Source of the DNA: Octopus sinensis
Taxonomy: Eukaryota
Direction: 5' to 3'
DNA length: 64,000 nt
NCBI RefSeq assembly: GCF_006345805.1
Contig: NC_043018.1
Span: forward strand, 24,180,001 to 24,244,000
Shown: positions 25,153 to 39,328 of the stretch, piece by piece
How the letters are laid out: each line of letters starts with the position of its first letter
Position numbering within the stretch: the first letter of the stretch is position 1
Translations under genes and position numbers: made by a program
Notes under the pieces: generated by a model
Told to the model about the DNA's origin: nothing
The model's input: only the letters and a program-made list of their open reading frames with translations
The model's database searches: none

Positions 25153-25936
25153 TTCGTTTGTATGTGGCTATAGCGAAAATTACATATACACACACATGTG
25201 TACACCCAAACACTCACATATCTACATGTTTTGTGTGCTTGTATATACATGTGTGTGTATAATGTATATATATATATATATATATATATCAATGTATATA
25301 GATATAAATATATATATGTACCTATGTGTATGTGTGTGTATGTATGTATATATATTATATATTGAGATATGTGTATGTGTGCGTATGTATGTATGTATAT
25401 ATATATATTTGATATATTGTGTATATCTATATACATATATATGTATATGTGTATGTAGATAGATGAATGTATATGTATGAATGCATAAGCGCGTTTATTT
25501 GCGTGTATGTGTGAGTGTGTGTGTGTGTGTGTGTCCATATGTTTTTTGATTTTTACTGTGAACTTGTAGTCAGGGAGAAAAAGCAGTGCTCATGACCTGT
25601 TTACAGGGCTTCCAAGGCTGATGGAACAGAAGTGGGAGGGTTTTATTAAACCCCCCACCTTCCCATCCCGGAAACCTGTTCCAGAATGCTTGCAACAGAG
25701 TGGACCCTACAAAAGCAGACAAGGTTTCATGTGGTGGTGTTAAGCTGGGCGACAGATTATGTCTACCATTCAGCACACACACGTATGTGTGTGTTATTAT
25801 GTGTGTATTTGTGTGTGCATGGTGTATGTGTATGTAATCATTACAATGATGATTATACACACGCCCTCTCACACATACATATATACACATGTATATACAT
25901 ACATACAACATATATAATATATATATATATATAGAT

Positions 25937-25969
<33 letters not shown>

Positions 25970-26092
25970 CGCGCGCTAATACCCAGACTATAAGATACCC
26001 GGTTTTGGTTAAACTGCACCGCAAAATCTGGGAGTAGTTAGGAATCTAAATCGTAGGAGACAGACACACAACTTGACTTTTATATATAAAGG
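25970..26092 (-). mobile_element. Helitron 5' fragment
   Basis: Matches the gcgcgctaataccc...ttttatatataaag portion of 29170-29306. Confidence 0.75.
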
Positions 26093-26478
26093 TATACAAA
26101 TATATAAGAATATATAGAGTAATCAATACGTAAAAAATATACTCATAAAAATATATAAATATATAGATATGCACATTAAAAATATATTGAAAAAATAAAT
26201 ACATATTCAGGTCGACTTATAGATTATAAAAGGAAGTCATAAAAAGTGTTGGGTGTTACTAATCCAGTTAATAATCCTACAGCCATTTCTGGGGGTTTGG
26301 TTGTCTAGTCATATAAAAGATATTTACACCCATTGTTGGACACCACCTCCTTCATCAGGGAAAAATTAATTTCTAAAAAGGCTTACATGTACTGTGTTTT
26401 CATAATGGGAATTACCTACTGAGTGTTTTTATAGAGCAATAATAAATCTCTGAACGAGGTATAAACAGTAATTGCACG

Positions 26479-26780
26479 ACAATGTGAGGTATACTTGCCA
26501 TCTCTTAGTGGCTAACCACTAAGGGTGGGTGTTACTGTAGCTTGTAGCCCCAGGAGAACATCGTCTCCAGCTGGCTTTAGGCACACTGTCTGTGCCCTTA
26601 TGGTATTTGCAAAGGGAAGGGAAGGGAAGGGAAAGGTGACCTCACTTTGCAAATACCATAAGGGCACAGAAAGTGTGCCTAAAGCCAGCTGGAGACGATG
26701 TTCTCCTGGGGCTACAAGCTACAGTAACACCCACCCTTAGTGGTTAGCCATATTGAGATGGCAAGTTTACCTCATATTGT
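26479..26780. repeat. Palindromic fold-back, 136-bp arms with 30-bp (GGGAA)n-rich spacer
   Basis: 26479-26614 is the near-perfect reverse complement of 26645-26780. Confidence 0.9.
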
Positions 26781-26949
26781 TTTTATAGAGATATGTACAA
26801 AAGACCAGGGAGCGGAAGTGTTTTTGAGTGTTTGGAGGAGGAGATACAGTACATGATAATATGGCTCTATAGGTTGAGGGTAAGAGGAGGGCAGTGTTGT
26901 TTTATTTTTCAGACAAACTTTCAATTGGTATGGAAGCTGGTTCTCAACT

Positions 26950-27330
26950 CTATCCAGAATCATAATGCATAAACGTTGAGTAAATCCTATGTTTACAAGA
27001 GTAGATGGCATTGGAGAATTTATTTAATATTGAGGAGTTGTGCAGATGGAGAATAAATAATGATTCTTTTAAGCAAAGTTTGCATTTGCCTGTCATTGTA
27101 TTATAAGAGGGAGCTTCTTTTATTAAGGACCAAGCTGGTGTATATTGTATGTTTTGTGATTTAAGATCATATATGTGTGTAGCTAATGATGTTGAGAATT
27201 TGGATTTTGTCTTAGTGAAGGAATTTAGGTGAGCTCCATAGCGGCATTTAAAATCTATAGTATAGCCAAGATAGTTTTTTGCTTGGTGTTTACCTGGTGT
27301 TTCTATACAACATTTAGAAGCCACATATTT
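26950..27330 (-). mobile_element. Penelope-like retroelement relic, C-terminal GIY-YIG endonuclease region
   Basis: YLGYTIDFKCRYGAHLNSF...STSLATHIYDLK...WSLIKEAPSYNTMTGKCKLCLKESLFILH...ILNK...CKHR matches the YIG..T..FK.R...H..SF / C.LCL.E...I / LNK....CRH pattern of PLE endonucleases. The upstream part is replaced by microsatellite. Confidence 0.78.
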
Positions 27331-27551
27331 ACACAGACAAAATATATATATGTATGCACACACACACACTCACATACATACATACATACATACATACATA
27401 CATACATACATACATACATACATAAACACATACTACATACATACACACATACATACATAGCACATCCATATATATATATATATATATGTGGATGTGCTAT
27501 TAAATTAGTACCCATTTTCTCACCCTTATTGGTTTATATATATATATATAT

Positions 27552-27628
<77 letters not shown>

Positions 27629-27654
27629 CATGCATACATGCATATATATATACA

Positions 27655-27685
<31 letters not shown>

Positions 27686-28295
27686 GGTGGCTGCCCCCTC
27701 GTTATCGAGTATGGCAATTGCACAAAGCTTAATCAATGTTGTTATCGTGCAATGCCTGTACAAGAAGATTAATTTTTAAAGTGAGGAAAGGCTGTGCACT
27801 GAGTCAATCCCACTCACTAAGCAACAGCAGCCATAATCTGAGAAGAAGAACAAGTCAACATCATCGGTAACCACTGAGCCGCAGGTTTTATATCGGAGTT
27901 ATCCAAGTTACCTTCTCCTAGAAGGATGCCTTAACAAAGGCTAGGAGTCCTTCATTCCCAGTGGTTTAACCGCGCAATCGGGCATTCAGTCCGATTATTT
28001 CTATGTCCCCGCGCATGATACAGCCTTAAGACATTTATTGGATGGCCGTTGACTTGCAAGAGTTCCTCCGCCCTTTGACGGGTTTTGTTTTTCATCCCGC
28101 AGGGTGTCTAATAAACACCCTCCTCACCAAGCAAGCTTGGTGGGGTTGCTGGTTTAGTCGCCGACGACCCGACCATGCAACAGGTTGTACTGGGTTACAT
28201 GTTACCAGTAGCACTCGAAAGTGACCTGACATACATACATACTATATATATATATGTATACATATATATATTATATATAATATATATATATATAC

Positions 28296-28330
<35 letters not shown>

Positions 28331-28439
28331 TATATCTATATATATATACACATATACACACACACATCACACATATATATACATATACTATATATATATA
28401 TATTATATATACACATGTGATCTAAACAAATAGGTACAC

Positions 28440-28998
28440 TGGGTAAGTGCTAAAGGTCACATTGTCAATTTGGTGGGATTACAAAGGGTTGTGTATTTCG
28501 AGCTGCTTCCAAGGAGCCAAGTGATCAATTCAGATGTTTACTGTCAACAACTAATGAAACTGGAGGAAGCAATGAAAGAAAAATAGCCACAATTCGCAAA
28601 TTGTAAAGGAATCATGTTCCACCATGACAATGCTAGACCACACACGTCTTTGCTAACTCATGAAAAATTACTGAAGCTTGGTTGGGAAGTGATGTTACAT
28701 CCACCATATAGTCCTGACCTTGCACCATCAGATTACCATTTATTTTGAAGTTTGCAAAATTCTTTGGATGATAAAGCTTTCAATAATGATGATGACCTGA
28801 AATCCCACTTGCTTCAGTTTTTGGCTGATAAGGACCAGAAGTTCTATGAGTGTAGGATCATGAAGGTGCCAGAAAGATGGCAAAAGGTCATCAAACAGAA
28901 TGGAAAATATAAAATGGATAAAAGTTCATTCTTTGTAGGAAAATAAAATTACTTATTTCGCACTAAAAAACTGAAATTACTTTCTAGCTAACCCAATA
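28440..28998 (+). mobile_element. mariner (Tc1/mariner, D,D34D type) transposase 3' relic with right TIR
   Basis: SIWWDYKG, VYFELLP, FHHDNARPH, LHPPYSPDLAPSDYHLF, RWQKVIKQNGKY, with stops and a frameshift. Ends gaaattactttctagctaacccaata followed by TA. Confidence 0.9.
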
Positions 28999-29010
28999 TA
29001 TATATATATA

Positions 29011-29306
29011 CTAGCAGTATCGCCCGGCGTTGCTCGGGTTTGTAAGAGAAATAACTATATAAGCATTTTTGAGAGTTACTCTTCCCTTATATATAGCGAA
29101 AAAATGCATTAAAAATGGAAAAAATGATGGTAAATTTTTTTTTTAAATCGTAGACTCATCGTAGCCGCGCTAATACCCAGAAGGTTCGATATGAATCACG
29201 ACTATAAGATACCGGTTTTGGTTACACTGCAACCGCAAAATGTAGGAGTAGTTAGGAATCTAAATTGTAGGAGACAGACACACAACTTCACTTTTATATA
29301 TAAAGA
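29011..29306 (-). mobile_element. Non-autonomous Helitron (minimal form)
   Basis: Minus strand A|TCTTTATATATAAAAG ... CCCGAGCAACGCCGGG hairpin-CGATACTG-CTAG|T: TC/CTAG termini inserted between A and T, no TSD. Confidence 0.85.
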
Positions 29307-29516
29307 TATGTATATATAACATAGCCCACTCTGCTGAGTGGTTGGTGTTAGGAAGGGCATCCAGCTGTAAAAATCCTTCCAAAACAGTCACAGAAATCTG
29401 GTGCAGGCTTCTGCCTGGCGGCTCTTGTAAAACCATCCAACCCATTCCAGCATGGAAGGTGGACATTAAATGATGATGATGATGGTAATGTAAGAATATA
29501 TATATATATATATATA

Positions 29517-29739
29517 CTCTCTTTTATACTCTCTTTTACTTGTTTCAGTCATTTGACTGCGGCCATGCTGGAGCACCACCTTTAATCGAACAACTCGACC
29601 CTGGGACTTATTCTTTGTAAGCCCAGTATTTATTCTATCGGTCTCTTTTGCCAAACCGCTAAGTGACAGGGACATAAACACACTAGCATCAGTTGTCAAG
29701 CGATGCTGGGGGATAAACACAGACATACAAACATACACG

Positions 29740-29797
<58 letters not shown>

Positions 29798-29962
29798 TAC
29801 GACGGGCTTCTTTCAGTTTCCGTCAACCAAATCCACTCACAAGGCTTTGGTCGGCCCGAGGCTATAGTAGAAGACACTTGCCCAAGGTTCCACGCAGTGG
29901 GACTGAACCCGGAACCGTGTGGTTGGTAAACAAGCTACTTACCACACAGCCACTCCTGTGCC
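29517..29962 (-). mobile_element. SINE family A copy
   Basis: Reverse complement of 38918-39328 with longer internal CA/TA tract. Confidence 0.85.
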
Positions 29963-30200
29963 ATATATATATATATATATATGTTTGTGTGCAGGCGTGG
30001 CTGTGTGGTAAGAAGATTGTTTTGTTACCACATGGTTCCAGGTTCATTCCCATTGCATGCTACTTTGAGCATGTGTCTTCTACTATAGTCTCAGGCCAAC
30101 TTGTTAGTAGATGGAAACTGGAAGAAGTTCATCATATATACATGTGTGTGTGAGTGTGTTATATATATATATGTGTGTGTGTGTGTGCTATATATGTATA

Positions 30201-30712
30201 CTAGCAGTATCGCCCGGCGTTGCTCGGGTTTGTAAGGGAAATAACTATATAACCATTTTTAGAGATTTACTTCCCTTATAGATGCCAATTCGGGCTTTCT
30301 TAGCCATTTCTGTTTTGGTGTCTTCAAGCCATGAAGTCGTTGTTCTAAAAGAACGCTGGTCTCCTTGACAACGCTTTACGACGTTGATTTCCTTACACTC
30401 CCTTCCCCACAGCTTCACGGGGGAGGGAAGAAGGGGGAGAAGCAAACAGGTGCAGGTGTGACCGTGGACGCCAACTCCGCCGCCATCGACACACGAAAAA
30501 TTATGCATTAAAATGGAATAAAAAATGATGTTAAATTATTTTTAAAATTGTAGACTCATCGTAGACGCGCGCTAATAGCCAGACGGGCTCAATATGAATC
30601 ACGACTATAAGATACCCGATTTGGGTTAAACTGCACCGCAAAATGTGGGAGTAGTTAGGAATCTAAATCGAAAGGGACAGACACTCACACAACTACAGTT
30701 TTATATATATAT
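30201..30712 (-). mobile_element. Non-autonomous Helitron with a different ~210-bp internal segment
   Basis: CTAG plus hairpin end at 30201; shared body resumes at about 30495; 5' end decays into (TA)n. Confidence 0.78.
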
Positions 30713-31809
30713 ATATGTACCATATATATGTGTGTGTATGTGTGTCATATATGTATGTGCATGTATCTTATATATATGTGTGTGTGTGTGTGTCTTTGTG
30801 TTTGTGTTCCCTGCCATTGCGTGACAACTGGTGTTGATTTGTTTATATCCCCATAACTTAGTGGCTTACCAAAAGAGTCTGATTAAATACCAGGTTTAAG
30901 AAAGAAAAAAAGAAGTTCAGGGGTTGTTTCATTTGTTTAAAAGTTTTTCAAGGCTGTGCCCCAGCATGGCCACAGTCTAATGACTGAAACAAATAAAAGT
31001 TAGAAGATAATATGTGCGTGTCTCCACCACCACCACTTGACAACCAGTGTTGGTGTATTTACATCCCAGAAACTTTGTTCAGTAAACGAGACCACTGGAA
31101 TAATTACCAGGCTTGGAAGATCAAAAAAAAAAAAAAGTACTCTTGTCCATTCAATTAAAATTTTTCCTTCTAGGTGGTGCCCCAGCTTGGCCACAGTCCA
31201 ATGACCAAACCAAGTAAAAGGTAGAAGGTTAAAGGTTTGACTCATGCAAGCATGGGATGATGATGATGATGATGATTAGTCTCACAAGCCTTTGACTAAC
31301 ATGAGACTAACATAAATACAAAGCACTTGACCTAAAGTGTCAGCTACACTCTGAGACCATGCCTGAAGCCATTGAGTTTGTGAAGCAAACTGCTTAAACA
31401 TACACACATGTATGTTTGTGTGTGTGTGTGTGTGTGTAAACATACATATATTTATATAATATTTTATATACACACATATATATATATATATATGATTTGA
31501 AAACCTCACTAGAATGGGAGAAAGCGCTAATACATGATCTAAGTTATATGATGTATAAAAACATGTAATATACAAATAAATATCTGTAAATATAAAACCA
31601 TCCGATTTTCTGAGTACCTCACTGCTTCTAAGATATATATATATATATATATATATGTATATGTATGTATATGTGTGTTATGTGTGTGCGTATGTATATA
31701 TATATATATACATACAATGTGGTGTTGTGGTAGGTATATAATTTTAACCTTTATAGGTATTTTAATATGCTGCCATTTTTTGATAAAATTTTTTCTGAAA
31801 AAAATTTTA

Positions 31810-31909
31810 NNNNNNNNNNNNNNNNNNNNNNNNNNNNNNNNNNNNNNNNNNNNNNNNNNNNNNNNNNNNNNNNNNNNNNNNNNNNNNNNNNNNNNNNNNN
31901 NNNNNNNNN
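31810..31909. other. 100-N scaffold gap
   Basis: Exactly 100 Ns, i.e. a nominal gap size. True distance and orientation across it are unknown. Confidence 0.98.
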
Positions 31910-32465
31910 CTACGACATTGTTTAATGTCCCTTTTTGTATGTTGGCATGGGCTGCATTGAGCTCCATTGTCCTATTTGGCATGGATTCTACAGCTGGATG
32001 TCCTACCTAATGCCAACCATTATACAGAGTGAACTGGGTGCTCTTTTCAAAAAAAACAAAAAAAGAAATTGACAATGCACCTGAAGTCTTTGAGAAAAAT
32101 TTATTTTCATTTACTTAACCAGCTTCACAATTTCATGATTTTCAAAAGTAGTGTGAAATAGAGAGTCCTATGCCATATTCTCTTGGTTCTAAATGTGTTT
32201 TTTTTTTGGGGTGTTTAACACAGAAAGTTTGTCTGCTGTTCATCCTATTTGACAGCGTTAGCTGTTACGATAAACTCAAATATCAATATATCACTGATGT
32301 TCTGCTTGGTTGCTTTCACTTGTTCTTCCTGTTCTGGTTGTTCTTGAATAATCTTGTAACAGGGCTGAACAGTCCTGATTGATTACTTCCTTTGTGACAT
32401 CATCAAAAACATTTGTATTCCATTGGACAATTTTTTTATTTATGTCAATCAGTGAATTTAGAGTT

Positions 32466-32710
32466 ATGAGGGTCGGCTGAAAAGTTCATAGGCTGACGTA
32501 GATACTCTCATGGAATGTGACCAAATGAAATTTATTTTTTCAATGTAGTCCTCCTTGAGATTCATACACCTCTTCTATTGGTGTTGCAGTTCTTGGATTC
32601 CTTTGGCGGAAAAAAGTCATCCACAGCAGATATGGCATCATCATCACTGCAAAACTGGTTCTCAGACAAATATTTTTTGGGGGCCAAATCTGGAGAATCT
32701 AGAAACATGG
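32466..32710 (-). mobile_element. mariner end fragment (TIR plus deleted transposase 3' piece)
   Basis: TA-tgagggtcggctgaaaagttc TIR-like end; minus translation SPDLAP..KYLSENQFCSDDDAISAVDDFF. Confidence 0.65.
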
Positions 32711-32744
32711 TTGCATACAAGAAGCTTTCTGACCACACAGCATC

Positions 32745-33022
32745 CATTTGAATACTCCTTACTGAAGTATGGAACAAACTGCCAGCATCAGTTGTTAGTT
32801 GTCGGAGCACTGCATCCTTCAAAACTTCCATGCTTCCTGAGATTCGCCAACACTACACCTGATTTTCTCCCCTCCATACACATGCAAGCATGTATCTGAC
32901 TCATACACTGTTCACTTTCCAGACATTTGTACATTACTGCATATGCTTTATACGCACTTTCTGACAAGTTGTGGTGCACCTGAGCACTGTACAATAACTT
33001 CATTATATTATTATTATTATTA

Positions 33023-33050
<28 letters not shown>
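32745..33050 (+). mobile_element. CR1/L2-clade LINE, shorter 3' fragment of the same family
   Basis: Near-identical to 17255-17510 (gaagtatggaacaaactgcc...gtacattactgcatat...(TTA)n). Confidence 0.8.
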
Positions 33051-33053
<3 letters not shown>

Positions 33054-33574
33054 GAGTGAGAGAGCAGTTCATGCCATCAAAGTGACACTGGGTAAAAATA
33101 TACGAAGCCCAATATACCCATCATGACTACCCGTCTGATAAAGGTACACCAGGCACATGCATCACAACCATATGTGCGCGACATGGTGATCTCATATCAA
33201 GATAAACAGCACATGACCTTGCAGGTGGGGCCCAGTTAGAATTTTCTTCAGGTTGAGTAGCCCATCCTGCTCAAACGGTCCCTGAATAAGGGTTGTTTAA
33301 GGATGTTGAAAGAACCACGCATGTTTCCAAAGAATCCTCTCACACATGGCTATGATGCTCCCCCACTACTTCTGCTCGTGATCAGAGATGCACATATCGT
33401 CAGCCACTAAGGGACATGCTCAACTGGTTAAGGTCAAACAACTGACAAGCAAATCTTGGTATTGAGCAGAATATTTGCTGTAGCCCATCTTTTATACCAA
33501 GACAAAACAATGTACATGATAACACTTCCAATCAGTTAAGATCAGAAGCCATGAAAGCCACTGCCTGGTACTGC

Positions 33575-33577
<3 letters not shown>
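33054..33577 (-). mobile_element. ~525-bp (TAA)n-tailed retro-element, copy 1
   Basis: Highly similar to 56491-57039; (TTA)n on both sides here. Confidence 0.7.
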
Positions 33578-33635
<58 letters not shown>

Positions 33636-34119
33636 TATGTTTATTGAGAGCTGCTTTTACAAAATTTCTCATCCATTACAACCTTATCTGTTTCATAATT
33701 CACAAATTCGATCATCATCATCATCATCATCTGAATCATCACCATCATCTGAATCATCATCATCATCATCATCATTGTTTAACGTCTGTTTTCCATGCTG
33801 GCATGGGTTGGAAAGTTTGACTGAAAATTGGTAAGTTGGGGAGCTGCACTAGGTTCCAATCTGATCTGGTATGGTTTCTATGGTTGGATGCCTTTTCTAA
33901 CACCAACCATTCCAAGAGTGTAACGGGTGCTTTTTATGTGCCACCAGCATGGGTGCCATTTACGTAGCACCAGCATTGACACAACTACAATCTCAGTTTG
34001 ACTTGACAGGTCTTCTCAAGCACCAATATATCACCAAAAGTCTCAGTCACTTCTCACGGCCTCCATGAAACCCAACATTCAAAGGATGCTTTTTGTGTGC
34101 CTACTCTTCTGACATCTAC

Positions 34120-34326
34120 TCTTCTGACATCTACTCTTCTCCTCTGGAAGCCATCTACTCGCAATACCAGAGGGCGCACACTCTCCTACCCTGATGTAAT
34201 CTCCAGGGATACAGGCATCCAGCAACAGGACCTCCGTAATGCTATGATGGACCATGAAGTCTGGCGTAGCATGGTAAATTCCATTGTCTCGACCACAGTC
34301 GAACAATGATGATGATGATGATGACT
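34120..34326 (+). mobile_element. RTE-like LINE extreme 3' fragment
   Basis: LLWKPSTRNTRGRTLSYPDVISRDTGIQQQDLRNAMMDHEVWRSMV then stop and (GAT)n tail. Confidence 0.6.
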
Positions 34327-37300
34327 ATGATCTCACTTGGCTTCACATGTCTTCTTAAGCACAAAAAAATCTCTTCTTGGATTAACAAAAGATAATTTTC
34401 GACACAGGTGGACATCCTCAATTCTAAGAGTCATTTTTTACCATTCTGTTTTTTTCTTCAGCATAAAACATGCATTGACTCTGCTATTCCATAGGCAAAA
34501 CTCCACCATCACCATGGTGATTACATACAACTACCTTTGAAATCCAAATATGAATGCTATAACATCTCAAAACCACTCATGTTTATTTACCATTATTAGT
34601 AAGCATTCTGCATTTTCATTTTCTACAGGAAGCCATTTAGCATGTCCCATAGGTATAATATAGCACAGACAGTCCATTATAGATATATATATATATAAAT
34701 AACAATGCTATCATTTCATACCAGCTCTTTGAAAGATCAATATATAATCTACAATAATCTGCTTTATATGAGATTGTGATTTGTTAAATTAGGTCTTTGA
34801 TATTTTTGCAGTAAATCAGTTCTCCTTGAATTGAATAGAAATTACATAAATTCTCTCTCTCTGTCTCTCTGTCTCTCTCTTTCTCATATATATATATATA
34901 TATATACATATGTGTGTGTATTATATGTATGTCTGTGTGTATATATATACATACACATATATATATATAATATATATATATATTATTATATTTTGTGTAT
35001 GTATGTTTGTATCATCATCATCAAATCATGTCCACATTTCCATACTTGCATGGATCAGGTGAAACTCGTGGAAGCAGATTTTTCTATGGTTGGATGCTCT
35101 TCCTGTTGCCAACCTTCATCTCTTTCTAAACAAGGAAATGCTTCCCCTCATCCTTTAAACAACAAAACAGTTCAACAACCAGACATGTTTTTGTGGAAGC
35201 TTGTAAACAAATCAAGTGACAGTTTGTATGGAATGTGCGTTTGTTTTCAATTAGAATACAAATGCCAAAACAAGACAAACACCACACACACACACACATG
35301 ATTGCGTAGTTGAGAAGTTCATTTCCCATCCGCATGGCTTCATGTTCAGTCCTACTGTGGCACACTGGGCAATTGTCTTCTACTATAGCACCAGGGTGAC
35401 CAAAGCCTTGTGAATGGCTTCAATAAATGGAAACTGAAAGAAGCCCTATCATCATCATCATTGTTTAACATCTGTTTTCTATGCTGGCGTGAGTTGGATG
35501 GTTTGACAGGAGCTAGTCAGACTCTAGTTGTCTGTTTTGACATGGTTTCTATGGCTGGATGCCCTTCTTAACACCAGTCACTTTACAGAGTGTGCTGGGT
35601 ACTTTTTATGTGCCACTGGCATGGATATGTTTACATGCGTGTGTGTGTGTAGAGTGGTGTATATATGCAGTCAGAATTCAAATTCTCTCAAGATCAACTT
35701 TGCCCTTCATTCTTCCAAAGTATCAGCTAATTGCTGGAACTGATTCATATAGTAATCCCTAAATGTGGTGGAATTATAATAGAAAACAGAACCATGTTAT
35801 CTAATGTGACTTTTCTTTACAAGATACTTGGCTGTCATTTGGGGGTTTTAGCTGCTACTTCTAGCAGGTGATGAGAATAGTTTAGTAATACAATGTTTCT
35901 TAACCAAACTGTTATTATCCTTTAACCTTTTAGTACTTAAACTAGTCATATCCATCCCAAATATTCTATTTGTTTTATGTTTGAACAGGCCATTTCTGGC
36001 CTCTCACACCAACCCTACAATGTCATTTTAAAGATATACAACCACATCATTGAAATTTTGAAGCTGCAAGATGATACAGGATTAATCCAAAACAGTGTGA
36101 ATATATAAGTATTACTTTTTAATGCTAAAGGGTTAAGAAAAAAGAGGACATCATGTTTTAAAATCCTGTAGCCTAGACTAAATGAAAAAAAGGACCCCCT
36201 TCTGGCATGAATGACCATGGGATTGCACCTAGAAAGTTACCCTTTGAGGCACAAGTCCAGGCAAGGTTGTTTATGAGAAGACCAGCACTCACCCATGCAT
36301 ACCAGCCTCCCCTCTTCATGCCACCAATGTTATACAAGGGAAAGGCAAAGGGGCTGATACAGCTTGGCACCAATGATGTCACAATTCATTTCTACAGCTG
36401 AGTGAACTAGTGCAATGTGAAATAAAGTGTCTTGCTCAAGAACACAACACACAGCCCAGTCCAGGAATTGAACTCACTACCGTGTGATTGTGAGCCCAAT
36501 GCTCTAACCACTGGGTCATGCACCTAGACTAAAAAGGCTTTCACAAAAAAGATGCCCACAGCATCTTTGTTGTGAAATCTTTATTGTTCAAATTCCGCCA
36601 TGGTTGACTTTGCCTTTCATGCTTTTGGGGCCATTAAATTAAGTACCAGTTGCATACTGAGGTCGATCTAATCGACTGGCCCCCTTCTCCCACCAAAAAT
36701 TTCGGGCCTTGTGCCTAGAGTAGAAAAGAATAAAAAACGCCCACAGCTAGAAACACTGTTTGTTAAGTAACATCTGGTATCACAAGTCTGACAACTTTAG
36801 CTATCATGTGATAATATACTGATTAGGACCACCCAACTACAACAATAGCAGTGGCAGCAGCAGTGACATAAACAGAATAAGTTAACGAAAGAGCCTCTAC
36901 ATTTGTGCTTGATCTGTTGGAAATAACAGCTGAATCTCCTTCAAATTGCAACCTGTTGTCTTGAGAGTAAAAAATGAATATGTTATCTTTTATCTTGTAT
37001 TTTTTACTTGTTTCAGACATAAGACTGTGGCCATGCTAGGGCACCACCTTTAAGAATTCTTTTAGTTGAATGAATCAGCCCCAGTACTATTGGTCTCTTT
37101 TGCTGAACTGCTAAGTTACCAGGATGTGAACACTCCAAGACTGGTGGTCAAGTGGTAATGGGGGACAAACACACACAAACACACACATGTGCATGCACAC
37201 ACACACACACATGCACATGTATGCATACGCACACACACACACACATGATGGGCTTCTTTCAGTTTCCATTTACCAAATCCACTCACATGCCTTTGGTTGG

Positions 37301-38485
37301 CTCAGGGCTATAGTAGAAGCCACTTGCCCAAGGTGCCATGCAGTGGAACTGAACCCAGAACCATGTGGTTGTGATGCATGCTCCTTACCACAGAACTACA
37401 CCCGCGCCTATTAGATGTTGTAGTCCTTACATACTCCTGAAATAGATGGGATGGTCATTGCTGGAATGCCCCCAATAATGAGACTATCTAATAAATCAGG
37501 GATGATCTGGAACTAAACATTACTGCCAACGTCACCACCACCACCACCACCAACAACAACAACAATAACAACAACAACAACAACAGCTACATCAGCAAAA
37601 AAAAAACCTAATCTTTTTGCCATAGCCCCTGACCCACTTCCACTTCTCTTCAATTCCAGGTGTGGGATCTCTCACCCCAACCTCTATAGATGATACTTTA
37701 AAAAAAAACTATTAAATCTGGGATTTAGAGTCTTAATAGGATTATCTCTCGTTTGTTGATATCAGCGTAATCTTTCTCTCTCTCCCCCTCTGTCTCTCTT
37801 CTGCACACACACACACACACACGTATATGCACATAACATGCACACACACATATGTATCTGCACATACACACACAAAGTGACACAGTTAAATATTTCTAAA
37901 AAAACAACAAAAAAACACAGAAGTGCTTATTGATCCAGTACTCATTTATTTATGTGGATGTGAGACCAATCTCTTCCTGGATAGGATGCCAGACTTGAAA
38001 AGCAATCACTCCCAGAAGAAGTGGTCACCAATTTCACAGTTTCCCATACTTACTGAAAAACTGGCAACAATATCATTAGGGCTTTCATTAATATCATCAT
38101 TTTTTGGGTTTTTTTTTCTACAGCACATTCAAAAACCAACACATTGTCCAGTCCTTGTCGTGGTGTGATGGCTTGCATGCCTCAATAACCCTTACAGCTA
38201 TGCTATTGAAGTAGAAGCTTCTAGCAGGGCCTCCTATGCTGGACAGTCTATTCTTTTATTTGCTTCAGCCATTTGACTGCGACCATGCTGGAGCACCACC
38301 TTAAAGGGTTTTTAGTCAAAGAAATCAACCCCAGGACTTATTCTTTATAAGCCTAGTATTTATTCTATTGATCTCTTTTGGCAAACTACTAAGTTGCAGG
38401 GTTGTAAACACACCAAAATCAGTTGTCATGTGATGGTGGAGGCAAGCATAGACACATAAATATATGCATACATACACACACACAT

Positions 38486-38555
<70 letters not shown>

Positions 38556-38917
38556 GACAGGCTTCTTTCAGTTTCCATCAATCAAATCTGCTCACAAAGC
38601 ATATATATATATATTCTGCATTACTTTTGGATATCCTTGTTGATTATTTTGATATATATATATATATTCGCAGAATATAGGATTTTTTATCAACTAATGT
38701 AATGTAACAGGCTTGTACTATGAGTGTTTAGTTTGGCTTACTACTAAAACTCTGGCTTAAACTGCAACTGAAGAGTGTAGTGCTGAGACTGTCTATCATA
38801 GGTGGCTAGAAGTGGCTTCTCCTTGAGCAGGTAGATATCAACGTAAAAAATGAAAAAACAAAACATTTGTCATCACTCGGAAAAAACATTTAATTTAGAT
38901 AAAAACATATAAACATA

Positions 38918-39328
38918 GGCGCAGGAGTGGCTGTGTGGTAAGTAGCTTGCTAACCAACCACATGGTTCCAGGTTCAGTCCCACTGCGTGGCATCTTGGGC
39001 AAGTGTCTTCTGCTATAGCCCCGGGCCGACCAATGCCTTGTGAGTGGATTTGGTAGACGGAAACTGAAAGAAGCCTGTCGTATATATGTATATGTATGTG
39101 TGTGTGTATGTTTGTGTGTCTGTGTTTGTCCCCCTAGCATTGCTTGACAACCGATGCTGGTGTGTTTACGTCCCCGTCACTTAGCGGTTCGGCAAAAGAG
39201 ACCGATAGAATAAGTACTGGGCTTACAAAGAATAAGTCCTGGGGTCGATTTGCTCGACTAAAGGCGGTGCTCCAGCATGGCCGCAGTCAAATGACTGAAA
39301 CAAGTAAAAGAGTAAAAGAGTAAAAGAG
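38918..39328 (+). mobile_element. tRNA-headed SINE, family A (internal microsatellite, (AGTAAAAG)n tail), young intact copy
   Basis: A-box TGGCTGTGTGG and B-box-like GGTTCAGTCC; near-identical to 18021-18390 and to the reverse of 29517-29962. Many diverged copies (7645, 14083, 37000, 42570, 44370, 53220, 61810). Confidence 0.85.
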
